Position numbers and translations under genes: made by a program. Below, in pieces: positions 15,001 through 28,130 of a stretch of 64,000 bases of DNA. Position 1 is the stretch's first letter; each line of letters opens with the position of its first letter. The stretch covers positions 5,704,001 through 5,768,000 of the forward strand of contig OZ024742.1 in assembly GCA_964016885.1 (NCBI GenBank), in the 5' to 3' direction. Source of the DNA: Eledone cirrhosa. Taxonomy: Eukaryota. Below the pieces are notes generated by a model that saw only the letters and a program-made list of their open reading frames with translations, was not told where the DNA came from and ran no database searches.

Positions 15001-18000
15001 TGTCAGTAGCTCCAGTGTGTTATGTAAGTAGCTCCAGTGTGGTATGTCAGTATCTCCAGTGTGTGGTATGTCAGAAGCTCCAGTGTGGTATTTCAGTATC
15101 TATAGTGTGGTATGTCAGTATCTCCAGTGTGGTATGTCAGTAGCTCCAGTGTGGTATGTCAGTATCTCCAGTGTGTGGTATGTCAGTAGCTCCAGTGTGG
15201 TATGTCAGTAGCTCCAGTGTGGTATGTCAGTAGCTACAGTGTGGTATGTCAGTAGCTCCAGTGTGGTATGTCAGTATCTCCAGTGTGGCATGTCAGTATC
15301 TCCAGTGTGGTATGTCAGTATCTCCAGTGTGGTATGTCAGTAGCTCCAGTGTGGTATGTCAGTAGCTCCAGTGTGGTATGTCAGTAGCTCCAGTGTGTTA
15401 TGTAAGTAGCTCCAGTGTGGTATGTCAGTAGCTCCAGTGTGGTATGTCAGTATCTCCAGTGTGTGGTATGTCAGTAGCTCCAGTGTGGTATGTCAGTAGC
15501 TCCAGTGTGGTATGTCAGTAGCTCCAGTGTGGTATGTCAGTATCTCCAGTGTGTGGTATGTCAGTAGCTCCAGTGTGGTATGTCAGTAGCTCCAGTGTGG
15601 TATGTCAGTAGCTCCAGTGTGGTATGTCAGTAGCTCCAGTGTGGTATGTCAGTATCTCCAGTGTGGTATGTCAGTAGCTCCAGTGTGGTGTGTCAGTATC
15701 TCCAGTGTGTGGTATGTCAGAAGCTCCAGTGTGGTATGTCAGTATCTCCAGTGTGTGGTATGTCAGTATCTCCAGTGTGGTATGTCAGTAGCTCCAGTGT
15801 GGTATGTCAGTAGCTCCAGTGTGTTATGTAAGTAGCTCCAGTGTGGTATGTCAGTAGCTCCAGTGTGTTATGTCAGTATCTGCAGTGTGGTATGTCTGTA
15901 TCTCCAGTGTGGTATGTCAGTAGCTCCAGTGTGGTATGTCAGTAGCTCCAGTGTGTGGTATGTCAGAAGCTCCAGTGTGGTATGTCAGTATCACCAGTGT
16001 GTGGTATGTCAGAAGCTCCAGTGTGGTATGTCAGTATCTCCAGTGTGGTATGTCAGTAGCTCCAGTGTGGTATGTCAGTAGCTCCAGTGTGGTATGTCAG
16101 TAACTCCAGTGTGGTATGTCAGTAGCTCCAGTGTGGTATGTCAGTATCTCCAGTGTGGTATGTCAGTAGCTCCAGTGTGGTATGTCAGTAGCTCCAGTGT
16201 GGTATGTCAGTAACTCCAGTGTGGTATGTCAGTAGCTCCAGTGTGGTATGTCAGTATCTCCAGTGTGGTATGTCAGTATCTCCAGTGTGGTATGTCAGTA
16301 TCTCCAGTGTGGTATGTCAGTAGCTCCAGTGTGGTATGTCAGTAGCTCCAGTGTGGTATGTCAGTATCACCAGTGTGGTATGTCAGTAGCTCCAGTGTGG
16401 TATGTCAGTATCACCAGTGTGTGGTATGTCAGTATCTCCAGTGTGGTATGTCAGTAGCTCCAGTGTGGTATGTCAGTATCTCCAGTGTGGTATGTCAGTA
16501 GCTCCAGTGTGGTATGTCAGTATCACCAGTGTGTGGTATGTCAGTATCTCCAGTGTGGTATGTCAGTAGCTCCAGTGTGGTATGTCAGTAGCTCCAGTGT
16601 GGTATGTCAGTAGCTCCAGTGTGGTATGTCAGTAGCTCCAGTGTGGTATGTCAGTATCTCTAGTGTGGTATGTCAGTAGCTCCAGTGTGGTATGTCAGTA
16701 GCTCCAGTGTGGTGTGTCAGTATCTCCAGTGTGGTATGTCAGTATCTCTAGTGTGGTATGTCAGTAGCTCCAGTGTGGTATGTCATTAGCTCCAGTGTGG
16801 TATGTCAGTAGCTCCAGTGTGGTATGTCAGTAGCTCCAGTGTGGTATGTCAGTAGCTCCAGTGTGGTATGTCAGTAGCTCCAGTGTGGTATGTCAGTATC
16901 TCTAGTGTGGTATGTCAGTATCTCTAGTGTGGTATGTCAGTAGCTCCAGTGTGGTATGTCAGTAGCTCCAGTGTGGTATGTCAGTAGCTCCAGTGTGGTA
17001 TGTCAGTAGCTCCAGTGTGGTATGTCAGTAGCTCCAGTGTGGTATGTCAGTAGCTCCAGTGTGGTATGTCAGTATCTCCAGTGTGGTATGTCAGTAGCTC
17101 CAGTGTGGTATGTCAGTAGCTCCAGTGTGGTATGTCAGTATCTCCAGTGTGGTATGTCAGTAGCTCCAGTGTGGTGTGCCAGTATCTCCAGTGTGTGGTA
17201 TGTCAGAAGCTCCAGTGTGGTATGTCAGTATCTCCAGTGTGTGGTATGTCAGTATCTCCAGTGTGGTATGTCAGTAGCTCCAGTGTGGTATGTCAGTAGC
17301 TCCAGTGTGTTATGTAAGTAGCTCCAGTGTGGTATGTCAGTAGCTCCAGTGTGTTATGTCAGTATCTGCAGTGTGGTATGTCTGTATCTCCAGTGTGGTA
17401 TGTCAGTAGCTCCAGTGTGGTATGTCAGTAGCTCCAGTGTGTGGTATGTCAGAAGCTCCAGTGTGGTATGTCAGTATCACCAGTGTGTGGTATGTCAGAA
17501 GCTCCAGTGTGGTATGTCAGTATCTCCAGTGTGGTATGTCAGTAGCTCCAGTGTGGTATGTCAGTAGCTCCAGTGTGGTATGTCAGTAACTCCAGTGTGG
17601 TATGTCAGTAGCTCCAGTGTGGTATGTCAGTATCTCCAGTGTGGTATGTCAGTAGCTCCAGTGTGGTATGTCAGTAGCTCCAGTGTGGTATGTCAGTAGC
17701 TCCAGTGTGGTATGTCAGTAGCTCCAGTGTGGTATGTCAGTAACTCCAGTGTGGTATGTCAGAAGCTCCAGTGTGGTATGTCAGTATCTCCAGTGTGGTA
17801 TGTCAGTATCTCCAGTGTGGTATGTCAGTAGCTCCAGTGTGGTATGTCAGTATCACCAGTGTGTGGTATGTCAGTATCTCCAGTGTGGTATGTCAGTAGC
17901 TCCAGTGTGGTATGTCAGTAGCTCCAGTGTGGTATGTCAGTAGCTCCAGTGTGGTATGTCAGTAGCTCCAGTGTGGTATGTCAGTATCTCTAGTGTGGTA

Positions 18001-21000
18001 TGTCAGTAGCTCCAGTGTGGTATGTCAGTAGCTCCAGTGTGGTATGTCAGTATCTCTAGTGTGGTATGTCAGTATCTCTAGTGTGGTATGTCAGTAGCTC
18101 CAGTGTGGTATGTCATTAGCTCCAGTGTGGTATGTCAGTAGCTCCAGTGTGGTATGTCAGTAGCTCCAGTGTGGTATGTCAGTAGCTCCAGTGTGGTATG
18201 TCAGTAGCTCCAGTGTGGTATGTCAGTATCTCTAGTGTGGTATGTCAGTATCTCTAGTGTGGTATGTCAGTAGCTCCAGTGTGGTATGTCAGTAGCTCCA
18301 GTGTGGTATGTCAGTAGCTCCAGTGTGGTATGTCAGTAGCTCCAGTGTGGTATGTCAGTAGCTCCAGTGTGGTATGTCAGTAGCTCCAGTGTGGTATGTC
18401 AGTAACTCCAGTGTGGTATGTCAGTAGCTCCAGTGTGGTATGTCAGTATCTCTAGTGTGGTATGTCAGTAGCTCCAGTGTGGTATGTCAGTAGCTCCAGT
18501 GTGGTATGTCAGTAGCTCCAGTGTGGTATGTCAGTATCTCCAGTGTGGTATGTCAGTAGCTCCAGTGTGGTATGTCAGTAGCTCCAGTGTGGTATGTCAG
18601 TATCTCCAGTGTGGTATGTCAGTAGCTCCAGTGTGGTATGTCAGTAGTTCCAGTGTGGTATGTCAGTAGCTCCAGTGTGGTATGTCAGTAGTTCCAGTGT
18701 GGTATGTCAGTAGCTCCAGTGTGGTATGTCAGTATCTCCAGTGTGGTATGTCAGTAGCTCCAGTGTGGTATGTCAGTATCTCCAGTGTGGTATGTCAGTA
18801 ACTCCAGTGCGGTATGTCAGTAGCTCCAGTGTGGTATGTCAGTAGCTCCAGTGTGGTATGTCAGTATCTCCAGTGTGTGGTATGTCAGTATCTCCAGTGT
18901 GGTATGTCAGTAGCTCCAGTGTGGTATGTCAGTATCTCCAGTGTGTGGTATGTCAGTATCTCCAGTGTGGTATGTCAGTAGCTCCAGTGTGGTATGTCAG
19001 TAGCTCCAGTGTGGTATGTCAGTAGCTCCAGTGTGGTATGTCAGTAGCTCCAGTGTGGTATGTCAGTATCTCCAGTGTGTGGTATGTCAGTATCTCCAGT
19101 GTGGTATGTCAGTAGCTCCAGTGTGGTATGTCAGTAGCTCCAGTGTGGTATGTCAGTAGCTCCAGTGCGGTATGTCAGTAGCTCCAGTGTGGTATGTCAG
19201 TAGCTCCAGTGTGGTATGTCAGTAGCTCCAGTGTGGTATGTCAGTAGCTCCAGTGTGGTATGTCAGTAGCTCCAGTGTGGTATGTCAGTATCTCCAGTGT
19301 GTGGTATGTCAGTAGCTCCAGTGTGGTATGTCAGTAGCTTCAGTGTGGTATGTCAGTAGCTCCAGTGTGGTATGTCAGTAGCTCCAGTGTGGTATGTCAT
19401 TAGCTCCAGTGTGGTATGTCAGTAACTCCAGTGTGGTATGTCAGTAGCTCCAGTGTGGTATGTCAGTAGCTCCAGTGTGGTATGTCAGTATCTCCAGTGT
19501 GTGGTATGTCAGAAGCTCCAGTGTGGTATGTCAGTAGCTCCAGTGTGGTATGTCAGTATCTCCAGTGTGGTATGTCAGTAGCTCCAGTGTGGTATGTCAG
19601 TAGCTCCAGTGTGGTATGTCAGTAGCTCCAGTGTGTGGTATGTCAGAAGCTCCAGTGTGGTATGTCAGTAGCTCCAGTGTGGTATGTCAGTATCTCCAGT
19701 GTGGTATGTCAGTAGCTCCAGTGTGGTATGTCAGTATCTCCAGTGTGGTATGTCAGTAGCTCCAGTGTGGTATGTCAGTAGCTCCAGTGTGGTATGTCAG
19801 TATCTCCAGTGTGGTATGTCAGTAGCTCCAGTGTGGTATGTCAGTATCTCCAGTGTGGTATGTCAGTAGCTCCAGTGTGGTATGTCAGTATCTCCAGTGT
19901 GTGGTATGTCAGAAGCTCCAGTGTGGTATGTCAGAAGCTCCAGTGTGGTATGTCAGTAGCACCAGTGTGTGGTATGTCAGTAGCTCCAGTGTGGTATGTC
20001 AGTAGCTCCAGTGTGGTATGTCAGTAACTCCAGTGTGGTATGTCATTAGCTCCAGTGTGGTATGTCAGTATCTCCAGTGTGGTATGTCAGTATCTCCAGT
20101 GTGGTATGTCAGTATCTCCAGTGTGGTATGTCAGTATCTCCAGTGTGGTATGTCAGTAGCTCCAGTGTGGTATGTCAGTAGCTCCAGTGTGTTATGTCAG
20201 TATCTCCAGTGTGGTATGTCAGTATCTCCAGTGTGGTATGTCAGTAGCTCCAGTGTGGTATGTCAGTAGCTCCAGTGTGTTATGTCAGTATCTCCAGTGT
20301 GGTATGTCAGTATCTCCAGTGTGGTATGTCAGTATCTCCAGTGTGGTATGTCAGTATCTCCAGTGTGGTATGTCATTAGCTCCAGTGTGGTATGTCAGTA
20401 TCTCCAGTGTGTGGTATGTCAGAAGCTCCAGTGTGGTATGTCAGAAGCTCCAGTGTGGTATGTCAGTAGCACCAGTGTGTGGTATGTCAGTAGCTCCAGT
20501 GTGGTATGTCAGTAGCTCCAGTGTGGTATGTCAGTAACTCCAGTGTGGTATGTCATTAGCTCCAGTGTGGTATGTCAGTATCTCCAGTGTGGTATGTCAG
20601 TATCTCCAGTGTGGTATGTCAGTATCTCCAGTGTGGTATGTCAGTATCTCCAGTGTGGTATGTCAGTATCTCCAGTGTGGTATGTCAGTAGCTCCAGTGT
20701 GGTATGTCAGTAGCTCCAGTGTGTTATGTCAGTATCTCCAGTGTGGTATGTCAGTATCTCCAGTGTAGTATGTCAGTAGCTCCAGTGTGGTATGTCAGTA
20801 GCTCCAGTGTGTTATGTCAGTATCTCCAGTGTGGTATGTCAGTATCTCCAGTGTGGTATGTCAGTATCTCCAGTGTGGTATGTCAGTATCTCCAGTGTGG
20901 TATGTCATTAGCTCCAGTGTGGTATGTCAGTATCTCCAGTGTGTGGTATGTCAGTATCTCCAGTGTGGTATGTCAGTAACTCCAGTGTGGTATGTCAGTA

Positions 21001-21400
21001 GCTCCAGTGTGGTATGTCAGTATCTCCAGTGTGGTATGTCAGTATCTCCAGTGTGGTATGTCATTAGCTCCAGTGTGGTATGTCAGTATCTCCAGTGTGT
21101 GGTATGTCAGTATCTCCAGTGTGGTATGTCAGTAACTCCAGTGTGGTATGTCAGTAGCTCCAGTGTGGTATGTCAGTAGCTCCAGTGTGGTATGTCAGTA
21201 TCTCCAGTGTGTGGTATGTCAGTAGCTCCAGTGTGGTATGTCAGTAGCTCCAGTGTGGTATGTCATTAGCTCCAGTGTGGTATGTCAGTATCTCCAGTGT
21301 GGTATGTCAGTAGCTCCAGTGTGGTATGTCAGTAGCTCCAGTGTGGTATGTCATTAGCTCCAGTGTGGTATGTCAGTAGCTCCAGTGTGTGGTATGTCAC
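1..21400. repeat. 22-bp tandem satellite/minisatellite array (roughly 960 units) with 24-bp (+GT) variants
   Basis: Unit GTGTGGTATGTCAGTAGCTCCA or ...TATCTCCA repeats continuously, with recurrent variants (AGAAGC, TCTCTCCAGA, GTTATGTAAG, TCATTAG, TCTCTAG). It ends abruptly at ...GGTATGTCAC (~21400) and runs off the left window edge. The unit count is length/22, approximate. Confidence 0.98.
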
Positions 21401-21477
21401 ATATCACTGGTATTTTGGTCTGAGATATTTTGCTACTGTTAGTAAGACACTATTAAAATAAATCTTGCTAAATGTCT

Positions 21478-21752
21478 GTTTCTCTCTCTCTCTCTCCCTT
21501 ATTCTGTTCCCACTCTCTGTCTCCCCGCTCTCTCTATTCTCTCCCTCACTCTGTCCCCGCTCTCCCTCCCCCTCTCTCTCTGTCCTCTCCCTCACTCTGT
21601 CCTCCTCTCATTCTCTGTTCTCTTCCTCACTCTGCCCTCTCTCTCAGTTCTCTCCCTCACCGCCCCTCACTCTGTCGCCACCCCGTCTCCCCCTCTCTCT
21701 CTCACCAAACTCTCCCTATTCTCTCCCTCACACTTCCCCACCCCCTCTCTCT
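21478..21752. repeat. CT-rich polypyrimidine low-complexity tract
   Basis: Degenerate (CT)n/CCCT sequence directly after the satellite. Confidence 0.85.
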
Positions 21753-22738
21753 GTTGGCACTAATGGGTTTTACTGAGTCTAGAAACACATGTGAAAAACA
21801 GAGCACTAATAAGTTTCGTTGAATCATTTTGTGATGGCAGATGACGGTATTAATGGATTCGGTAAATTTAGATTTGACTTTGTCAACACATGAATTATAT
21901 TGATAAAAAACGATAGAAGTTTTAAAAAAAACCAGAGTGGGAAGGAAAAAAGTTAGAAAACAAACAACAAAATATAGTAAACTGAATTTGAACAGATTTG
22001 TTTTAGAGATAAAAACGAGAACAAAAGTCAGACAATAACGAAAGGAAAATATCGAAGATGCTTACACAAGTTAAACTTAGCAAAAACCAAAGAGAATTGA
22101 TATATCAGATAATTATGGTATAGTAATAAAATATAGAAACATTGTAACATAGTTAAAATATGAAATAATTTCTCCTCGTTCAAAAACCTCAGAATGTTGA
22201 ACATAAAATAAAAGGAGAAAAATATAAAAAATAAAAGACAAGAAATATAAATATGAATATGTAGATAGTAATTTTTAATTAAAGGAGTAATTAGGGTGGA
22301 TTTGCAAAATTGTTAAAGTGTCTTACAAAATGACTTGTGGTCTTTGTGGTGCATCTTTACGTTCTGCGTTCAAATCTTGCCTGGAGCATATTTGTTGTAG
22401 TTTTCTATTTCCGGAAATAACAATAACAATAATAATAATAATAATAATAATGATTTCTTTATTGGCCACAAGGGCTGACATCAAGAAAAACATCACAGAC
22501 GGAACAGGACGGTACGATGTGGGTTTTGTGCGTGTAAATATTTTTATTATTTATATAAGAAAAGAAAAAAGACATAAAACATATATATATAAACAATAAA
22601 ATGAAAATTGAAACAATGAAAAATTCCCTAATAGGGGGGAAACATCCGAGGGTTACTCGTGGCGAAAACCACACAAAAGACCACGGCCACCCTGACCACC
22701 AGGGCAAGCGCCCTCTCTCAATTTTTCCATCTCTCAAA

Positions 22739-25700
22739 CTACAGACGTATATTCAGAGCGGTCCCGTTCACTCGGACCATTCTCGCTACATTCACCCACC
22801 TTTCAACAAACTTGCTACAAAGCACCACTTGCCTCTCCACCCTGATTTTCCTCTTCAAGTGAAACTTGAAAAAGTTAATTAGGGATTCGCCGAAGAGGAA
22901 AGTGTCTGTCTTTAACCCTTTTAACCTTGTCCACCACAAATCTCTTTCGCTATGGTCACCAGGCAGATGAAAACCGCCTGCCCTTCCTCCTCAAAGGAAG
23001 ACGGCGAGACCATCTGCACAATGGACTCAGTCGACAACCGGATCAGTCCCACACGCGACAGCAACTGTTCGCCATAGCTCCACAAGTCAGCAATGCTCGG
23101 ACACTGAACGAGTGCGTGCACAACGGTTTCGTCGCTATGCGCGCATCACGGACAGGCTCGGCTGACGGCACTTCCGTGCCTGTAGAGCTTATCTCGAACC
23201 GGCAGCGCTCCCCGGTAGCACTGCCAGGCCAGGGATTTTTGGAAGTTATCCATAGGCCCCGGGCTGAAAGTTCTCCGGAAGAGAGCAAGCAGCTGATCTT
23301 CTTCGACGCCCAGGATCTCTCCGAGAACGTCGTCGCTCTTCCCCTCCACTAGTCCTCTATAGAACGCCGAGGTGGATGTTCCACCGATACTGGTGCCCAA
23401 CTGGGAGAGGGCAGCGAGCGCCTGGAGACATTCCACTTTCCAAGTGCTATCCCTCGATCTTTTTCTGACCCAGGACTGCAGCTCCGTCAAGGAGACGAGC
23501 TGTGGGAAAATGTGCCTGGCGAACGGCGACCACACCCGTTCACCATCAAGGAAGCACCAGAGATGTCGCAGCCTCAGCGCATGTTTGCGCATCATCAGCC
23601 ATGGCATGCCCAGTCCTCCACGCAACGGGTGTTGACAGCAGATGGATCGTCTGACCATGGGAGCGCATCCCTTCCACAAAAAGCGGAAGAGGAGGCGCTC
23701 CATTTTGGTGAGAGTTGGGCTGGAGCAAAGGACGACGGTGAGGCGGTAGCAGATGACGGATGCGATGTACGCATTCGCCACTTCCGCCCCGCCTTTCAGG
23801 GACAGCCTCCTCTCAGCCCATTTCTGGGTGAGGGAGGCCACCCTGCTCATCACCTCGTTCCAGTATTTCTCCATCTGGAGGTCCGGTCCGAACCAGACCC
23901 CGAGCAATTTAACCGGTCCGTCCGTCCAACGCCCCACGACGCTGTCGGACGGTATGGACTTGCCTCTCCAGGTGCCTAGCTGCAAGCCCACCGACTTTTC
24001 CTGGTTTATCTTTGCTCCTGTCACCGTTTCGTATTCCTTGAGAGCGGTGCAGAGCATCTGGACGTGTCTGGTGCTCGACACCACCACGGTGACGTCGTCA
24101 GCGTAAGCCGACTCGGATTTCCCGCATCCTAGTTCGCGTGGGACGCCCCTCATCGCCCCCAGTTTGTGCAGTAACGGCTCGAAAGCCAATACGTACAAGA
24201 GGGACGAGAGGGGACAACCCTGGCGGACTGAGCGCATGATGCTGAACGGCTGCGACAGGTGACCGTTCACCCTCACAACTGAGCAGATGTCGCTGTACAT
24301 TGCTGCGATCCAACGCCTGAAAACGGGCCCGAAACCGGCTGCCTCGAGGACCGCCGCCAGGTACCGATGGTCGACCCTATCGAATGCTTTGGATTGATCC
24401 AAGTTGATCAGGGCCCCACTCTTGCCAGGTTCCTTAACCACCCTCTCTATGATGTATCGCATGAGGTGGAGGTTGTCGTGTATGGATCTGTCCGGGATGG
24501 CGCATGTCTGCGCCTCTCCCACCAGACCCTCGACGACAAGCGCCAACCTCGTTGCTAACACCTTGGCCAAAATCTTGAACTCTGCGTTTAGCAGGGTTAT
24601 GGGCCTGAAATTATCAATAACATCCCCCTTGTTCGGGTCTTTTCTCAGCAGCGCCACTGCTCCCCGGCCCCAAAAACTGGGAATGCTCCCGTTCTGCTGC
24701 CAGTTGCAGTAGACGTCTGCCAAGAGGTCACCGAACAAGTCTGGCATAAATGCATAAAGCTCGTAGGGCAGACCATCTAAACCTGGCGATTTACCTCTTG
24801 TGCAGTTAGCCATCGCTTCCCGTATTTCACCGGCTGTTATTGGCTCTTCGCAACACTGTGCTGTGGTCGTCGAGAGCCGAGGCAGTCCGTCGAGGTATGC
24901 ACTGAAGTCCATGTCCCGATCCGGGCCGCCGCCGCTCCCGAACAGTTCAGCAAAGTGCTGCTGAAAAGCTTCATACATCCGCTCGGGTTCGAGCATCACG
25001 CACCCGTTTTGGTCAGACAAAGACCGAATTGTGGCTTTATTGCCACGTCGCGCCTCTGCCACCCAGGCCCATTGGACGGCTTTTGTCCCCTCATGTTTCA
25101 GAGCACGCGCTCTAGCTCTGACAACACAGCCTCCGTGTTTTGCGTTGAAGTCAATCTCGCCGCAAGCACGTCGATTGCGATGCCTGTCCTAAACGCCTCT
25201 TCTAGCTTTCTGACTAGCTCTCCCTCTACTCTATTTTCCTCTATCACTAGTCCTTTGCTAAACCTAATCGACTCTACTTTAATTGCCCTTTTCAGGGCGA
25301 ACCACCACCTGTTGTTGACGACCGCTCCCGTCAACGCCCGGTTAACTAATACGCTAATCCGGTCACTGTAGGTCTTACGCGCCGGGAAAGACGCGTTCAG
25401 CTTCCAGTAACCAGGCCCTTGTCTATGAAATCTGTCTATGTCGATCTCACAGATCACAAATTTGTGGTCTGTGTAGTCGACTATTTTAAATTGTGGACAA
25501 CTTATACTAGCCTTATCTAGTTCCCTGCAGAATACCCTATCTAGATACGATCTGGATGACCCGATGCGGTTTGTCCATGTCCACATTGGCACATTCGGGT
25601 GATCCAGTCGATACCTGTCAGACAGTTCAAAACGTCTGAGCAGGTTGGTGAGGCTCTTGCACCCTCCTCCCCTATCCACTAGCCCTACACGATCCCAGCG

Positions 25701-26144
25701 TCCATCCAAGATACCGTTCCAGTCGCCCACTAACACTAAAGAGCGGGACGTTCCAAGAAAGGTCTCTAGACGTTTGAAGAAATCAGGCCGTCCTGCCCCT
25801 GTTGGGGCGTAGACGGCTACTAGCCTGAAAGCATTGCCTTCGCTGCCGGTCACGTCCAGCACCACCGACTTACCTTCTGGGTCCAGGAAGATGGCCCGTA
25901 TCGCGAGATCCAAGTCTCTCCGAAAAAGGACGGCAACCCCTCCCCCCGATCCTGGACGGCTGGGAGATGCGTATACATCGTAGCCGCCGAAGATCGGTGC
26001 GAAGGCCCGTGCCTCGGAGATTCTGGTTTCACTGATGGCCACCACATCTATGTTTAGTGACCTGAGGTCATTGAGAAGGTGACCCTGCTTCCAAGATGAC
26101 TCCAGGCCACGTACATTTATACTGTCTATTCTGAGTACAGCCAT
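22739..26144 (-). pseudogene. ORF2 of Tx1 copy A: AP endonuclease, reverse transcriptase and C-terminal zinc-finger region
   Basis: APE motifs SINVRGL, VAISET, VYAP, GDWN, SYLDR, TDH. RT motifs KSPGLDG, FRPITLLN, LDQSKAFDRV, VRQGCPLS, YADD. C-terminal CPxC..ET..H..C. Frameshift near 25150-25060 and a premature stop at 23146. Confidence 0.93.
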
Positions 26145-26176
26145 GTTGGATGAGAAACGGGGCAAATGAGAAAGGG

Positions 26177-28130
26177 TCACTTACCTTGTTCGTGTGGTGA
26201 AGGGACAGTAGAACCGTCCCTTTCGCTGGTCATGGGTGTTTCCAAGAGGATGTCAGTGTATATCCTCTTGGTAACCGTCCCTCTGAAGTCTCCAACTGCG
26301 TTGGGGAATTTTTGTTTTAAAGGTTTATATTGTTCTATTGAGATTTCGATGATGCTTATGTTTGTCGGGAGAGTTCTTGGTGTTGGTGGGGTGTAGTAAT
26401 TTTTTTCTGTGATGTCTGTGTGCTGCTTTATATATTTTATGAGTTCTTTTTTTGCTATGTTTATGGCTGTGTACTTTTTGGGGGGAGGGGTGATGTGGTT
26501 GTTGTTGTCAGTAGTGCTTGTGGTGGTGATGGTGGTGGTGTTGCTGCAAGTTTCCTTGCTGCCTTTACCCCTCTTTGTATGCCTTCGCTTTTGGAGTGTG
26601 AATCTAAGGGTTTTTTTGTTTTTTGTGTTTTGTGGCAGACTGTTTGCCACGTCACTCCCGCCTCAAACTCCATGTCGGATTCTGTGGCGTCTGGGAGGGG
26701 TATGTGCTCCACGGCTGTTGGTGGTGGTAGTGGAGCCCTCTTCGGCAATGTTGTTGCTGGTGTAGCTATTTCAAATGTAGCTATTGGTGTTGCCGCTACT
26801 GATGATGCTGCTTTAGTCATCCGTGGCCTTGGTACGGGTGCTACGGACGTTGCCCTCCTACTCACCGTGGAAGGGGCTTCTTATTTTGTTGCCTGTCCTG
26901 CTCTTGGTAGCAGCGGACCAGGTATTGGAAGAAGAGGGGCCCTCTTCGGTGTCTTCTGCGGGCAAAAGGCCCTGAGGTGACCTTTCGTCCAACAGAGATA
27001 ACATTTTGGCCGTTTTCCTTCTACACTTATAGGAAGTTGGAGTCCTTCCTCGATATCTATGATATCGGGGATAGCCTCGATACATTCCTGGTCAGTTTGT
27101 ATAAGCAATTTGCATGCCTATACCTGACCAGTTCTCTCTCCCTATTTTTTCTACTTGCAGCATGGTCGCCCTGTTCTCAATTCCAGCAAGGACAGAGGCG
27201 GCCAGCCAAGGTATGGGCACGTCGGGTGGGACCTGGGTCACTTTGCCCTCACAATTTTCTGCCCGCAGTAGGAGGGCACCAAGACTAACTCCTCACTCTT
27301 TAGGGTTTCCAAAGAGTGAGACTTTGCTTCCTGGGGGATTGGCGAAAAGTACGTCTACTATGGCGTACTTTCTGCCTCGGGTGATGTGGGTTTTCCGTGC
27401 CCAAACGCACCCCAAGGCCTTTTGGATTTGAGCCTCCGTGGCTCTCTCCACCCGATGTGAGATTTTGCTTACGGTGCGGTAAGTCACCGTTCGTAGCTGC
27501 TGGTCCTTGAAAAAATCGGGTAGAGGTTTCAGAGAAACTCTATTTGCGCTTCTTGTCACCATGGCCCTTGCGACTGCCATCTCCTCCTCTGTGACTAACA
27601 CTGACTCGATATTTCGGGCGACACCTGCAAAAGAAGTGGTCCCTTTTTCAGCAGCACCACTATTGCTGCCGCTACTGGTCTTACTGGTGGTGCTGAGGTC
27701 GCAATTACAGGTATCGGTGTCATTGTTGTTGTTTTCGCTGGTACAGTTGTTGGTGTTGTTTTCGTTGATACTGTTGCTGCTGTTACTGTTATTGTGGCTG
27801 TTGTTATTATTGTTGTTTTTGTTGATAGTGTTCCTACTTGTGGCTGTTGTTATTGTCATTGTTATTGTCTTTCTCGACCTTACCGCTGTTATTTTTGTTA
27901 TTGTCGTTCTCGACTTTACCGCTGTTATTTTTGGTGTTGTTGTTGGTGATGTTGTTGGTGTTGTTTGTGTTAGAAATATTTGGTAATTTTAAATCTGTAA
28001 CAATCTTCTTTTCCTTTGTAATATTTTCGTTTATATTTACCTCCGCTGGAACGCTGTCTTGTTGACATGCTGATAAAGTCTCCCTCTCTCTGTGTTATCT
28101 GACAGCGCTCTCTCTCTTTTTTTGTGTTAT
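26177..28130 (-). pseudogene. ORF1 (gag-like nucleic-acid-binding protein) of Tx1 copy A, frameshifted
   Basis: ORF pieces 27293-27859, 26881-27108 (CYLCWTKGHLRAFC, CX2CX4HX4C), 26461-26865 and 26177-26650 are collinear with ORF1 of copy B. The start position is uncertain. Confidence 0.8.

Noticed and set aside
1-21400. CRISPR array or repetitive protein gene
   Set aside because: There are no unique spacers and no cas genes. The 22-bp period cycles through all three frames, giving the same peptides in each with frequent stops, and the minus strand has TGA in every unit.
21780-22410. Host exon in the unique A-rich stretch (also 39290-39590 and 43490-43870)
   Set aside because: No sustained ORF, recognisable motif or convincing splice-site pair was seen; small exons cannot be excluded without RNA data.
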